This document shows, piece by piece, positions 45,552 to 55,445 of a stretch of DNA of 64,000 nucleotides. The position numbers and the translations under genes were made by a program. The DNA lies in NCBI GenBank assembly GCA_902795215.1, contig CADBKG010000008.1, forward strand, positions 8,749 through 72,748, written 5' to 3'. How positions within the stretch are numbered: the stretch's first letter is position 1; each line of letters opens with the position of its first letter. Below the pieces are notes generated by a model that saw only the letters and a program-made list of their open reading frames with translations, did not search any database and was not told where the DNA came from. Origin of the DNA: an uncultured Erysipelotrichaceae bacterium (lineage in GTDB: Bacteria; Bacillota_I; Bacilli_A; RF39; UBA660).

Positions 45552-47378
45552 ATGAGCAAAGTAAATTTAGAAAATTCTAATTATAATCGTCAAGAAGATA
45601 TTAAAGCATACATTGGTGCAATTGAAGACGCTAATACTAAGTTTGAAAAATGTGCTAAATCTTCAAGTGATGAAGTTAAAAAGTTAGAAACTGCTATAGA
45701 TAAAAAAAGAATTAGCATTGAAAAACTTGAAAGAGTAGAGGAAGAACTAACTAAAAAGCAAGAAGAGTTAGATGCTTTAAAGGCTGCTACTAAGAGTGCT
45801 ATTTCTGATTTAGAAGCTAAGAAAAAAGAAGTTTCATATGAAGATGCAGATGTTCAAAAAATGGAAATTGAGGACATCGATTCTTTAATAAGCGTTAAAA
45901 GAGGTAAGATAGCTAAAATAGATTCAAAGCTAACAGCTTCTAAGGATAAATTCAAAACTAATTCTGGCAATCTTAAAATGCAAAGAAAAGAGCTAGAAAC
46001 ACTTGAAAAGCAAAGGGAAGTTGCAGAAGAATCATTACTTAAAACAAATGATTTAGTATCAATAATTCAAGATGCGAGTGAAGGACTAATAGCTAGTATT
46101 CATGATGTACTTGATAGACATTATGATGCACCTGTTTATGAACCTTATGAAGAAAGTCACACTGATTATAATATAAAAACTCATCATATTGAAATTCCAG
46201 AAGCTAATGTAGCACCAATTGAGAGTGAACCAATCGATGCTCTTAAAGGAGAAGAAATAATACTTCCAACTGATGATGAACCAGTTAGTGTTCCTCCAAT
46301 AAATGAAAATGATATTAGTTTAAGTGGGCTTGAAACAGTGGCACCAATTGAAGAACCTGTAATAGATATTGATATAGATGATGATATAGCTAGTGGTCTT
46401 GCAGAAGCAACTACTGCACCATCAGAAGAACCTAAAAAAGATGTTATAGAACCTGAAGCTGCACCAGTAGAAGAAAAGGAAGAACCTGAACTTATTGAGC
46501 CAACAGTAGAGGAACCTAAAGAAGAAGTTTCAGAACCAGTTGAAGAAACTCCTGAGGTAAGCGAACCTATAGTTGAACCAACACCAGAACCTGCTGTAGT
46601 AGATACTCCTGTTGAAGAAACTATTCCAGCACCACCAGAGACTATAGATTTAAGAACAGATGAAAAACTTCCTGAACCAGAAGTTAATGAACAAGAAACA
46701 ACACCACAAGATGATTCATGGGAGGTGAAGCCTGTAGGCACTGGTATGACTACTGAGCAAAACGAAAATTACTTAAAAGATGTATTTGATAAAGAAGAGA
46801 TAAAATTTGATGATTTCTCTGATGAAGATAAAGAAAAGCTAAATTCTTACTCAGATAGAGTTGTTAAAAACTTAGTAATTCTTAAAAAACATAATATTCC
46901 ATTAAAATATACGATTAATGCCGCTAGTATTTACTATAATATTAGTCCTGAAGATTTAGAAGACTTATTAAATATAATTACTTCTGATGAAGAAGGTAAT
47001 GGTATGGGATATGGAATTGAATATTCATTTAACGTATTAAAAGAATTATCATTTATAGATGTTGATAAACTAATAGATGTTTATAACTCTGAATATATGA
47101 ACATTAATTCTAAAACTGGATTAATTGATTTACTTAAGAAAACTAATCCTAGTTTAGGAGACTTTGAAACTAATAGAAAAGCTAATGAAGCAGTTCTTAC
47201 AAGTCTTGGAATTAATTATGTAAAAGATATTTCTGAGAAATATCCTGAATTTATTAACTTAGATCATCCTTTATTCGAAAATATAATCGGCTTATTCGAT
47301 AAAGATGATTTGATAGAAAAGTTAAATGCAGATATAACTGTTATTCCTCAAATACTTGATTATTGGAAAAATAATTAG
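45552..47378 (+). CDS. hypothetical coiled-coil protein with acidic Pro/Glu-rich linker and helical-repeat C-terminal domain
   Basis: The N-terminal ~200 aa are heptad-like (KKLETAIDKKRISIEKLERVEEELTKKQEELDALKAA). The middle region is EPxxEEP low complexity (~46180-46740). The C-terminal ~200 aa contain ~35-aa helical repeats. Confidence 0.6.
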   Translation: MSKVNLENSNYNRQEDIKAYIGAIEDANTKFEKCAKSSSDEVKKLETAIDKKRISIEKLERVEEELTKKQEELDALKAATKSAISDLEAKKKEVSYEDADVQKMEIEDIDSLISVKRGKIAKIDSKLTASKDKFKTNSGNLKMQRKELETLEKQREVAEESLLKTNDLVSIIQDASEGLIASIHDVLDRHYDAPVYEPYEESHTDYNIKTHHIEIPEANVAPIESEPIDALKGEEIILPTDDEPVSVPPINENDISLSGLETVAPIEEPVIDIDIDDDIASGLAEATTAPSEEPKKDVIEPEAAPVEEKEEPELIEPTVEEPKEEVSEPVEETPEVSEPIVEPTPEPAVVDTPVEETIPAPPETIDLRTDEKLPEPEVNEQETTPQDDSWEVKPVGTGMTTEQNENYLKDVFDKEEIKFDDFSDEDKEKLNSYSDRVVKNLVILKKHNIPLKYTINAASIYYNISPEDLEDLLNIITSDEEGNGMGYGIEYSFNVLKELSFIDVDKLIDVYNSEYMNINSKTGLIDLLKKTNPSLGDFETNRKANEAVLTSLGINYVKDISEKYPEFINLDHPLFENIIGLFDKDDLIEKLNADITVIPQILDYWKNN

Positions 47379-47422
47379 CGATTGCGCTAGTTATTTTTTT
47401 AATGTTATGATATTATTAATAT

Positions 47423-49048
47423 GTGATTAAAATGAAAGAAAGTACAAAAAAATTAAAAACAAAATTTATAATTTTTTCCTTATTTTTAATTTTGATTAGT
47501 TTTTTGTGTTTAGAATATACATTTTATAAAAAAAACTACTTTGTATCTGATGAAAAAATTAAGGTAATTGAGCAAAATGCTTTAAAGTATGCAAATAATC
47601 ATATAGAAAATCCTAAATTTTATAATGAATTAATAAATAAAGGTTATAAATATATATCTGTATATGAAATTGTTAATTCTTCTAATATGGATAAAAGCGA
47701 AATTAATAATACAAATGGTTATGTAAAAATCACTTATGAAGATGGACTTAAAGCAAAGTATATTAAAAGAGTAAAAAATCTATACACTATTTATTATTAT
47801 GCAAATGATTATAAATTAGATAAATACTCCGATGTTGTTGAAAATATAGAGGATGCTTCATTTCCTAATTCGATAAGTGAAGATGTTAGTATAGAGGGTT
47901 GGACTTTTGATAAAAGAGTAAAAGAAGTAGAGTTTTTATCTAACGAAAAATTAACAAAAAATAAAGTTAAAAAGAATGTTGTTTATATGTATGCTATTAC
48001 CAATAGAAAATTAACTCTTACAATAGATAATTCTATGCTTGGTTTAGATGAAGAAAAACTAACTTGTAATTTACATAATAAAGAAAAAAAATGTAGTATA
48101 AATCTACCTCTAATAGATAATACTAATAATAACATAACATATAATACTAAAAAAGATATGACAGGTTATATGTTTTATCAAAATGAAGAATATGACTTAT
48201 ATGATAATGAAGTTATGTATGTAGATAAAACATTAAATAATGTTAGTATTTCTGGAAAAGAAAACTATGTAAAAGATATTGATAAGTATAATTTAATAAT
48301 ATCGATTGATTCCTCTAGTTATATGAAAGATTTAAATTCTTTTGAAAATATAAAAGAAAAAATAAAGAATTTATTTGAAAATTTAGATAGTGAAAATGTT
48401 AATATTGTTATATTAGATAATGAAACAAATAAGTTATTAAAAACACAAAACAAAAAACGAGCTGTATATGAAGTAAGTACTTTAAAAATAAGTAAAACAT
48501 ATAATTATAATACTGCAATTTATAAAATAAATGATTATATTGTTAATAGTGATATAGATAAAAATATAGTTTTAATAATAAGTAATAACAAATCAAATAT
48601 AAATGAAGAGTATGTTACAAAATTAAAAGAGATAAGTAGTGTATATACAATTAGTTTATCAAATGAAACTAGTGAAATATTAGGTAAATCTATAAATAAC
48701 AACTATTTATATGAACCTCTTAAAGATAACATGGATTTAGATAATTTAGCTGGTTTGTTTAATAAGATAAGCGGACATATCAATATGGAAACTAAAGAGG
48801 TTAAGGAAAAGTATAAAACAATTAATATAAATGATAATTTATTAGAACTTAGTTGTGATATTGATAAAGAAGTTATAGTTTATGATAATGATAAAATAAT
48901 AGGTAGTGTAAATGGTTATTTAATGAAAAATGGTAATAGATATATATTTGATATAAAAGAGTATTTGATTAATAATAATATTAGTATTGATGATATAAGT
49001 AATATAAGTATTGAGTATTATAAATATACTGGAACGGAGGTTAAATGA
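47423..49048 (+). CDS. hypothetical N-terminally anchored protein, possible degenerate vWA-like domain
   Basis: The signal-anchor is FIIFSLFLILISFLCL. NLIISIDSSSYM resembles but does not match the vWA MIDAS motif DxSxS. The start is GTG 47423 or ATG 47432. Confidence 0.55.
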   Translation: MIKMKESTKKLKTKFIIFSLFLILISFLCLEYTFYKKNYFVSDEKIKVIEQNALKYANNHIENPKFYNELINKGYKYISVYEIVNSSNMDKSEINNTNGYVKITYEDGLKAKYIKRVKNLYTIYYYANDYKLDKYSDVVENIEDASFPNSISEDVSIEGWTFDKRVKEVEFLSNEKLTKNKVKKNVVYMYAITNRKLTLTIDNSMLGLDEEKLTCNLHNKEKKCSINLPLIDNTNNNITYNTKKDMTGYMFYQNEEYDLYDNEVMYVDKTLNNVSISGKENYVKDIDKYNLIISIDSSSYMKDLNSFENIKEKIKNLFENLDSENVNIVILDNETNKLLKTQNKKRAVYEVSTLKISKTYNYNTAIYKINDYIVNSDIDKNIVLIISNNKSNINEEYVTKLKEISSVYTISLSNETSEILGKSINNNYLYEPLKDNMDLDNLAGLFNKISGHINMETKEVKEKYKTININDNLLELSCDIDKEVIVYDNDKIIGSVNGYLMKNGNRYIFDIKEYLINNNISIDDISNISIEYYKYTGTEVK

Positions 49049-49821
49049 GTAGAAAGAAAAAAATATTGATTGCAATTGGGGTTTTATTATTTTTGTCGCT
49101 TATTATCTTCCTAGTTTTCAAAAAATATAATAAAACTATTACTTTAAAAACAGAAAAATCAGAAGAATATATAGTTTTAAGAGAAACACTTTATGATAGT
49201 GATTATTTTAAAGGTAGTAGATTTAATTATAATGATGAAAAGAAAATATTTACAATAAATGATGAATATACAATTAATATTAAAAATGGTTATTATACTA
49301 TGGATATAGTTGATGAAGATGATATAGAAGAATATTGTAAAATTGTTGATGCTGTAGAAATGAAATTAGGATTTACTAAAGGTGAATCTATAAAAACATG
49401 TGAAATGGTTTTAGAGGGAAAAATAAATGCTAGTGGAATAAATGTTACTAAATATGAAGGACACAAAATTTTAAGTGTTAATAATAGAGAAAAAGCAATA
49501 TTATATATAGAAGATAGTTCAAGAAATCAAGATGAAGATATAAGCTTAGATGAACAAAGTTATACCATAAATATTGATGATTATATATTATCATCGATAA
49601 ATGGTTCATATGATGAGGATTTAAAAATATATAATATATGCGGAAATATCTATGGAGAAGAAGATGGAGACTTTATATTTACAATAGCGGATGAAAACAA
49701 AGAAACATCGAAAGAAACAGAATATAAATATGAAAAAGAAGATAGTTATGTTCCATTTTGTATAGAATTTAAAGACATAAATATTGAACCAAAGTATTAT
49801 AAAGTACACTTAAATGATTAG
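49045..49821 (+). CDS. hypothetical N-terminally anchored protein (translationally coupled)
   Basis: ATGA overlap with the upstream gene. The signal-anchor is ILIAIGVLLFLSLIIFLVF. Confidence 0.55.
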   Translation: MSRKKKILIAIGVLLFLSLIIFLVFKKYNKTITLKTEKSEEYIVLRETLYDSDYFKGSRFNYNDEKKIFTINDEYTINIKNGYYTMDIVDEDDIEEYCKIVDAVEMKLGFTKGESIKTCEMVLEGKINASGINVTKYEGHKILSVNNREKAILYIEDSSRNQDEDISLDEQSYTINIDDYILSSINGSYDEDLKIYNICGNIYGEEDGDFIFTIADENKETSKETEYKYEKEDSYVPFCIEFKDINIEPKYYKVHLND

Positions 49822-49847
49822 TGTGCTTTTTTATATGTTTAATAATC

Positions 49848-49876
49848 TTGAAAATAGAGAATATAAATGATAAAAT
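49848..49876 (+). promoter_or_regulatory. sigma-A type promoter
   Basis: TTGAAA (49848-49853), a 17-nt spacer, then TGaTAAAAT, an extended -10 (49868-49876). Confidence 0.55.
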
Positions 49877-49895
49877 TAACTTAAGAGTGATGTAT

Positions 49896-50015
49896 TATGA
49901 ACAAAGATATTGATAAATTAACTACAACTGAACTTATAGAATTATATAAAAATATTAAAAATCATATTGAAACTCTAGAATCTATGAAAATAGAGGAGAG
50001 TGAAGAAGATGAATG
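49896..50015 (+). CDS. possible 39-aa acidic small protein
   Basis: It reads ATG 49896 ... TGA 50013-50015 (MNKDIDKLTTTELIELYKNIKNHIETLESMKIEESEEDE). The stop overlaps the next gene's start as ATGAATGA. It is too short for the ORF track. Confidence 0.35.
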
Positions 50016-51571
50016 AGTTTGAAAAATACATGGAAGAAGACATTAAACATATTGAGTCAATAGAATTATCGATATCTAAAGGCACTAAAAAAATGAAAGA
50101 GGACTTCCATAATAATAAAGTTGCTGAAAGAAATGAATTTATAGATAATAAAATAAAGGAGTATGAAAATCTTAAAAAAATAGTTAAAGAAAAATTGGAT
50201 GCTATTAAAACACAAATGACTCCTAAAAAAAATGAAATAGATTTTACCGAGTTAAAGAGTAAAATCATTAAAAGTAAAAGTATGCTTAAAACTACAAATG
50301 AATATGCTGACATTGTAGATAAAACAGGTATTAATAAAATTATTAATCTAATTAGTGAAAATAAGGACGTTAATCTAATAAAAATTAATAATTATATAAA
50401 AGAGTTTATTGAAATATTTAATTCATATAATATTAAACTTTCTTTGGATGATTTTAATTACACTTTATATACGCATAGATATATGGAAGAGTTTTTAAAT
50501 AGTGATAAAGACAAATTTGACGAAATTATGGAGAAAACATTTAATGAGATTTTCTTTAGTTGTCCAGATATTGTAAATGAATTAAAATTGATGCTTAAAA
50601 GAATTTATAATAAAAAAGAAAAAGAAATATCAAGTATATTTAATAAAAATATTGTGCAAGGAGACTATAAAGCAGAATATAAATCTAATTTAGATGAGTA
50701 TTATGAAAAATTAAATAGTAATGCATTTTATTTAAGCAATGATTATTTAAATGGAACAAAGAATCCACTTGATTATAAAAAAGAATCAGCGAACTTTAAA
50801 AAAGAATTTGATAAATTTTTAATTAATAAGTCATTTGAAGACTTAACTGATATAGAAAAAGACAAATTTTATGAAGATATATTAGGGTTAGATAAGATTA
50901 TCAAAGAGCTTGAATATTATAAGTTGTTTACGCCTCTTATTAATGAAGTGATTTCTATTTATAAAACTAAAGAATCATTAAAAGATGCATTTAAATCCAA
51001 AAAGAAAGAAATGGATAAACTTGAATCAGTTAGAGAAAAGATAGTTAATAACATTTTATCTAAAAAAGGTTTATTTAAGAAAGATAATACAAATAATGAA
51101 AAATTAATTCTAAAACAGAATGAAGCAGTAAAAAATATTATTAATGATTACGATAGTTATATAGAAGAATATTCTAAAAATGTTATTATTACTAAGCTGT
51201 TTGATACTTCAGAATTACTAGATATAGTAAAATTAATATCTTCAAATTATACACTATATTTATATTTATATAAGAAGTGTGAAATAACTGAAGATATAGA
51301 AGAATTCTTTTCTAAACTTGAAAACTTTGCATATGATCCATACAATTTATTTACAAAAGAAATAAATATACTAAATGAGCTTGATATATGTGAAATAATA
51401 TCAAATAAATATAAGCTAATAAACATTAATTTAAATGTTGATGAACTTAGAGATAATTTAGATTCTATTAAACAATCAATTAAGTATATTTTAGATGTTT
51501 ATTATATTGATAAAGCAAATATTAGTTTTGATAGTTTAAATACTATTAATGAGATATCTGCACTTACTTAA
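50009..51571 (+). CDS. hypothetical cytoplasmic helical protein
   Basis: AGGAGA at 49993-49998 favours ATG 50009 (MNEFEKYMEED). The ~520-aa product has no TM helix and no recognised domain. Confidence 0.55.
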   Translation: MNEFEKYMEEDIKHIESIELSISKGTKKMKEDFHNNKVAERNEFIDNKIKEYENLKKIVKEKLDAIKTQMTPKKNEIDFTELKSKIIKSKSMLKTTNEYADIVDKTGINKIINLISENKDVNLIKINNYIKEFIEIFNSYNIKLSLDDFNYTLYTHRYMEEFLNSDKDKFDEIMEKTFNEIFFSCPDIVNELKLMLKRIYNKKEKEISSIFNKNIVQGDYKAEYKSNLDEYYEKLNSNAFYLSNDYLNGTKNPLDYKKESANFKKEFDKFLINKSFEDLTDIEKDKFYEDILGLDKIIKELEYYKLFTPLINEVISIYKTKESLKDAFKSKKKEMDKLESVREKIVNNILSKKGLFKKDNTNNEKLILKQNEAVKNIINDYDSYIEEYSKNVIITKLFDTSELLDIVKLISSNYTLYLYLYKKCEITEDIEEFFSKLENFAYDPYNLFTKEINILNELDICEIISNKYKLININLNVDELRDNLDSIKQSIKYILDVYYIDKANISFDSLNTINEISALT

Positions 51572-51623
51572 AATGTATAATATTATTTTTATATAATATT
51601 ATTAAGAAAGGAGGTTTTTGTTA

Positions 51624-52286
51624 ATGAAGAAGTACATATGTGAATTTATGGGTACTTTAGTTCTTGTTCTATTTGGATGTGGTACTGCTGTTATTTCTGA
51701 TGGAAATTTAGTTGCAACTGCACTTGCATTTGGACTTTCAATAGTTGCTTGTGCATATGTAATTGGAAATGTTTCAGGATGCCATGTTAACCCAGCTGTT
51801 TCTCTTGCTATGCTAATAGATGGAAGAATGAGTGTTAAAGATTTCGTTTGGTATGTTATTGTACAAGTAGTTGGAGCATTATGTGGTTCTGCAATTCTTT
51901 ACTTTATCTTATCAAATTCAGTAATTAACCCAGTTAACTTAGGTGCTAACGGATACGGAGCATTATCAGGAATAAATGTTTCACTTTTAGGAGCGCTCGT
52001 TACTGAAGTAATTCTTACATTTGTATTTGTATATACAATTTTAGGTGTTACTGATGATGAATCTAAGTCAAGTGTAGCTGGTATAGTTATTGGTTTAACT
52101 CTTGCATTTGTTCATATTTTAGGTATTGGAATTACTGGAACAAGTGTTAACCCTGCAAGAAGTTTAGCTCCTGCATTAATAATTGGTGGAACAGCACTTA
52201 AACAGGTTTGGGTGTTTATAGTAGCGCCATTTATTGGGGCAGCTTTATCAGCAATTGTTTATAAATTCTTAAATAGAGAAGATTAA
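51624..52286 (+). CDS. aqpZ: aquaporin Z-like MIP family channel
   Basis: AAGGAGG RBS with ATG 51624. There are two NPA boxes (HVNPAVS, SVNPARS) and six TM segments in ~220 aa. Confidence 0.9.
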   Translation: MKKYICEFMGTLVLVLFGCGTAVISDGNLVATALAFGLSIVACAYVIGNVSGCHVNPAVSLAMLIDGRMSVKDFVWYVIVQVVGALCGSAILYFILSNSVINPVNLGANGYGALSGINVSLLGALVTEVILTFVFVYTILGVTDDESKSSVAGIVIGLTLAFVHILGIGITGTSVNPARSLAPALIIGGTALKQVWVFIVAPFIGAALSAIVYKFLNRED

Positions 52287-52292
52287 AAAAAT

Positions 52293-52319
52293 GTATATCG
52301 AAAAGATATACTTTTTTTT
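52293..52319 (+). terminator. intrinsic terminator after the aquaporin gene
   Basis: GTATATC-gaaaa-GATATAC plus T8. Confidence 0.8.
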
Positions 52320-52453
52320 ATGAAATAAATTTCAAAAAGAAATTGACTATATATAATGAAAGGTATCTAATTTATATAGTGATAATAAATGGTTTATCTC
52401 TATATAAATATATCAAAAATACTTTAAATAAATTTGTTGTTGTAGGAGAAGGA

Positions 52454-52965
52454 ATGAATAAAAATAAAGGTAGTAAAACTTTAGTTTTAAGTATGATTAA
52501 AACTATACTAGCGGTTTTTATTATTTTTATATGTAGTAATTTATTAAACAATAACAATAAAGAAATAAACACTAATCAAAAATGGAAGAAGTTTATGATA
52601 CATCGCATATAGATATTCATAATACTAAAAATTCTAAAATACGTAATGGTGAAAAATATAATACCGTTAATGCAATATCTAAACCTCATACGATGGGGGA
52701 AGATTATGAAATAGATGACATGAAAATATATACTAAAGATGGATGGTGTTATATTGAATTTACTCTTACAAACATTGGGGATTCAAAATGTAACGATAAT
52801 AATTGTTCTTTACATTTAACGTTTTACAAAGATAAAAAAAGAACTGAATATTTAGATTTTGCAATGATACCAATTCCTAAAATGGGTGTCAATGAGAGTA
52901 AAAAAAATGTTTCCCAGCAAATACAAGATTTTACCATTGCAGCAGAATATAAAATCGATTATTAA
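52454..52965 (+). pseudogene. small anchored beta-sandwich-like protein split by a 1-nt frameshift in an A5 tract
   Basis: AGGAGA RBS plus ATG 52454 gives MNKNKGSKTLVLSMIKTILAVFIIFICSNLL..NTNQK. The 52582-52965 ORF (MEEVYDTS...EFTLTNIGDSK...) has no RBS and starts inside A5 (52578-52582). An A6 tract would fuse the two into one ~170-aa anchored protein. Confidence 0.55.
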
Positions 52966-53070
52966 AAGATTAAAGCATCAAAGTTTGGTGCTTTTTTCTT
53001 ATAAAAAGTATTTTACTTTAAACCTCATTTATAGTATAATTAAAGTAACTAACAAAATGGAGCGGTAGAT

Positions 53071-54312
53071 ATGAGAAAAATTATGGCTAGTATTAATGTT
53101 GATAGTGATAGTATTAAGCTTTTAGTTGGTGAATTTAATGGAAGCCACCTAAATATTTTGAGTGCTTCTAAAGTTAGTTCTAGTACAAGTTTTGATGATA
53201 AAAAATCAAATATTGGAGTTATAGACGCTATTAAAAATGCAGTTAAAGAAGCTAGCGAAACCCTTGGTATAGAGATTAAAAAAGTCATACTTGGAATAGA
53301 TGAAAGGAATCTAAAATTAGTTAAATCAGAGGGAAAAGTAGATATTAAAAGCGAAAGTAAAGTAATTACTGGTGAAGATATAGATAAAGTTTTAAGTGAA
53401 GCATGTGAATCTAAAATTCCAGAAAAATATGCTTTAGTATCTATAATGCCAGCACAATTTACAATTGATAATGATAAAAAAGTTAGAGAGCCTCTAGGTA
53501 GAGAGAGTAGTTCATTAAGCGTAAAAGCAATCCTTGCTTTATCTCCTAAAGAATACGTTAAAAGTTTGCTTGAAATAATTGAAGAAAGTGGATTAAAAGT
53601 AGTTGACGTAGTAATAAATACACTTGGAGATTATGCAACTTTTGAAACTAATAGTACTAGAAAAGATATTGGTGCAATTATTAACCTTGGTTACGATATT
53701 AGTACTATTTCTATATTTAACAAAGGAATACTTACAAATACAAAGTGTTATAATGCAGGGTATAAATCTGTTATAAAAGATATTGGGTATATTTATAAAA
53801 TTGATACTCAAAGCGCTACTGGACTATATAGAGATTTAGCGCTTGCGTCTACAAGACTTGCTAATGTAAATGAGTATAGAAATGTTATTAATGAAGAAGG
53901 CAAGGAAGTTAGAGTTAATCAATATGAGATTAGTGAGATTGCTAGTAGTAGGATTGAAGAGATACTTAATCTAGCGAAAAAACAAATTAATATCTTAACA
54001 AAAAAGGAAATTAGTTATATAATTGTAACAGGAGGGTTGACGGAATTAAAAGATTTTTCTATAATACTAGAGAAAGTAATTGGAAAAAGTGCTTATCTAG
54101 GGGATGTTAAAAATATAGGTGCAAGAGATAATAATTATGCTAGTACACTTGGTATTTTAAAATATTATAAAGATAGACTTGATTTAAGAGGAAAATCTTT
54201 TTCTATGTTTACTACAAGTGAACTTGAAGAAATGAATGATAGGGGAAAACGAGAAAGTGAAAATAAAGAATCGATATTCGGAAAAGTGTTTGGATATTTT
54301 TTCGAGAGTTAG
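53071..54312 (+). CDS. ftsA: cell division protein FtsA
   Basis: Actin-fold protein directly upstream of ftsZ. Segments include SIKLLVGEF, VILGIDERNL, GAIINLGYDISTISIF and IIVTGGLTEL. Confidence 0.85.
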   Translation: MRKIMASINVDSDSIKLLVGEFNGSHLNILSASKVSSSTSFDDKKSNIGVIDAIKNAVKEASETLGIEIKKVILGIDERNLKLVKSEGKVDIKSESKVITGEDIDKVLSEACESKIPEKYALVSIMPAQFTIDNDKKVREPLGRESSSLSVKAILALSPKEYVKSLLEIIEESGLKVVDVVINTLGDYATFETNSTRKDIGAIINLGYDISTISIFNKGILTNTKCYNAGYKSVIKDIGYIYKIDTQSATGLYRDLALASTRLANVNEYRNVINEEGKEVRVNQYEISEIASSRIEEILNLAKKQINILTKKEISYIIVTGGLTELKDFSIILEKVIGKSAYLGDVKNIGARDNNYASTLGILKYYKDRLDLRGKSFSMFTTSELEEMNDRGKRESENKESIFGKVFGYFFES

Positions 54313-54325
54313 GAGATGAAATAGT

Positions 54326-55381
54326 ATGAATCATGCATTAGAAATGGATCAAATAGCAAAAATAAAAGTAATCGGAGTCGGTGGAGGCGGATGTAATGCT
54401 GTTAACCGTATGATTACTTCTGGAGTAAAAGGAGTAGAATTCATTGTTGCTAATACAGATTTACAGGTATTAAATAGAAGTGAAGCACCTGTAAAACTTC
54501 AGATTGGAGCAAGTATTTCTAATGGACTCGGTGCGGGTGATAACCCTGAAGTGGGTAAAGAAGCAGCACTTGAATCTAAAGAAGAAATCGAAGATGCAAT
54601 TAAAGGTGCTGATATGGTGTTTGTTACTTGCGGAATGGGTGGAGGAACTGGAACTGGAGCTGCACCTGTTATTGCAGAAATTGCACAAAACTTAGGGGCT
54701 TTAACAGTTGGTATTGTTACAAAACCTTTTAGATTTGAAGGTAACAAACGTATGAGACAAGCTTTAGGTGGTGTAGAAGAGCTTAGAAAACATGTCGATA
54801 CATTAATAGTTATTCCAAATGACAGATTAAGACAAATAGTTGATAAAAATACTACTATGACAGATGCATTTAAAGAAGTAGATAATGTACTTCATAGAGG
54901 AGTTCAATCAATAAGTGATCTAATCGCTGTTACGGGTCTTGTTAACCTTGACTTTGCTGACGTAAAAGCTGTAATGGAAAAACGTGGTAATGCGCTTATT
55001 GGTATAGGGCTTGGAGTTGGAGATAATAGAGCTATTGAAGCTGCAAAACAGGCTGTATCAAGTCCTCTTCTAGAAACTAGTATTGAAGGTGCAACAGATG
55101 CAATTATTAATATAACTGGTGGAAAGTCCCTTACACTTTTTGAAGCAGAAGATGCCGCAGAAGTTGTAAGAGAAGCTGCTAATACAGATATTAATACAAT
55201 ATTTGGTGCAGTTATTAACGAGAATCTAACGGATGAAGTAATCGTAACAGTTATTGCTACTGGATTTGATGAAGATGCAGTTAAAGATGGTGATTATATT
55301 CCTGAAGAAAAAAGAACCCCAAAGGCTGAAGTAGAGGATGATTTTGATTTACCACCATTTTTAAGAGACAGAGACTATTAA
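54326..55381 (+). CDS. ftsZ: cell division protein FtsZ
   Basis: [13 protein letters not shown], the tubulin signature [16 protein letters not shown], and a C-terminal [10 protein letters not shown] peptide. Confidence 0.97.
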   Translation: MNHALEMDQIAKIKVIGVGGGGCNAVNRMITSGVKGVEFIVANTDLQVLNRSEAPVKLQIGASISNGLGAGDNPEVGKEAALESKEEIEDAIKGADMVFVTCGMGGGTGTGAAPVIAEIAQNLGALTVGIVTKPFRFEGNKRMRQALGGVEELRKHVDTLIVIPNDRLRQIVDKNTTMTDAFKEVDNVLHRGVQSISDLIAVTGLVNLDFADVKAVMEKRGNALIGIGLGVGDNRAIEAAKQAVSSPLLETSIEGATDAIINITGGKSLTLFEAEDAAEVVREAANTDINTIFGAVINENLTDEVIVTVIATGFDEDAVKDGDYIPEEKRTPKAEVEDDFDLPPFLRDRDY

Positions 55382-55398
55382 GCACATTAGTGCTTTTT
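55380..55398 (+). terminator. intrinsic terminator after ftsZ
   Basis: AAGCAC-atta-GTGCTT plus a T-run, overlapping the stop codon. Confidence 0.65.
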
Positions 55399-55445
55399 CT
55401 TTTGACTAAAAATATTTATTATGATATTCTTATGGTGTGATGTAT

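Noticed and set aside
46184-46741. 185-aa minus-strand Ser/Gly/Thr-rich ORF
   Set aside because: It lies exactly antisense to the Pro/Glu-rich linker of the 45552-47378 gene (GAA/CCA/GAG codons read as TTC/TGG/CTC). It has no RBS and is a compositional artefact.
52886-53068. 60-aa + strand ORF overlapping the end of 52582-52965 and the ftsA upstream region
   Set aside because: It overlaps the better-supported frame and crosses a terminator-like hairpin (AAGCATCA..TGGTGCTT plus T-run near 52969-52996). It has no RBS.
54470-54747. Three overlapping alternative-frame or antisense ORFs inside ftsZ (54470-54688 -, 54499-54747 -, 54504-54695 +)
   Set aside because: They lie within the most conserved [10 protein letters not shown]-encoding part of ftsZ. 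Their frames stay open only because of the local GC-rich glycine codons.
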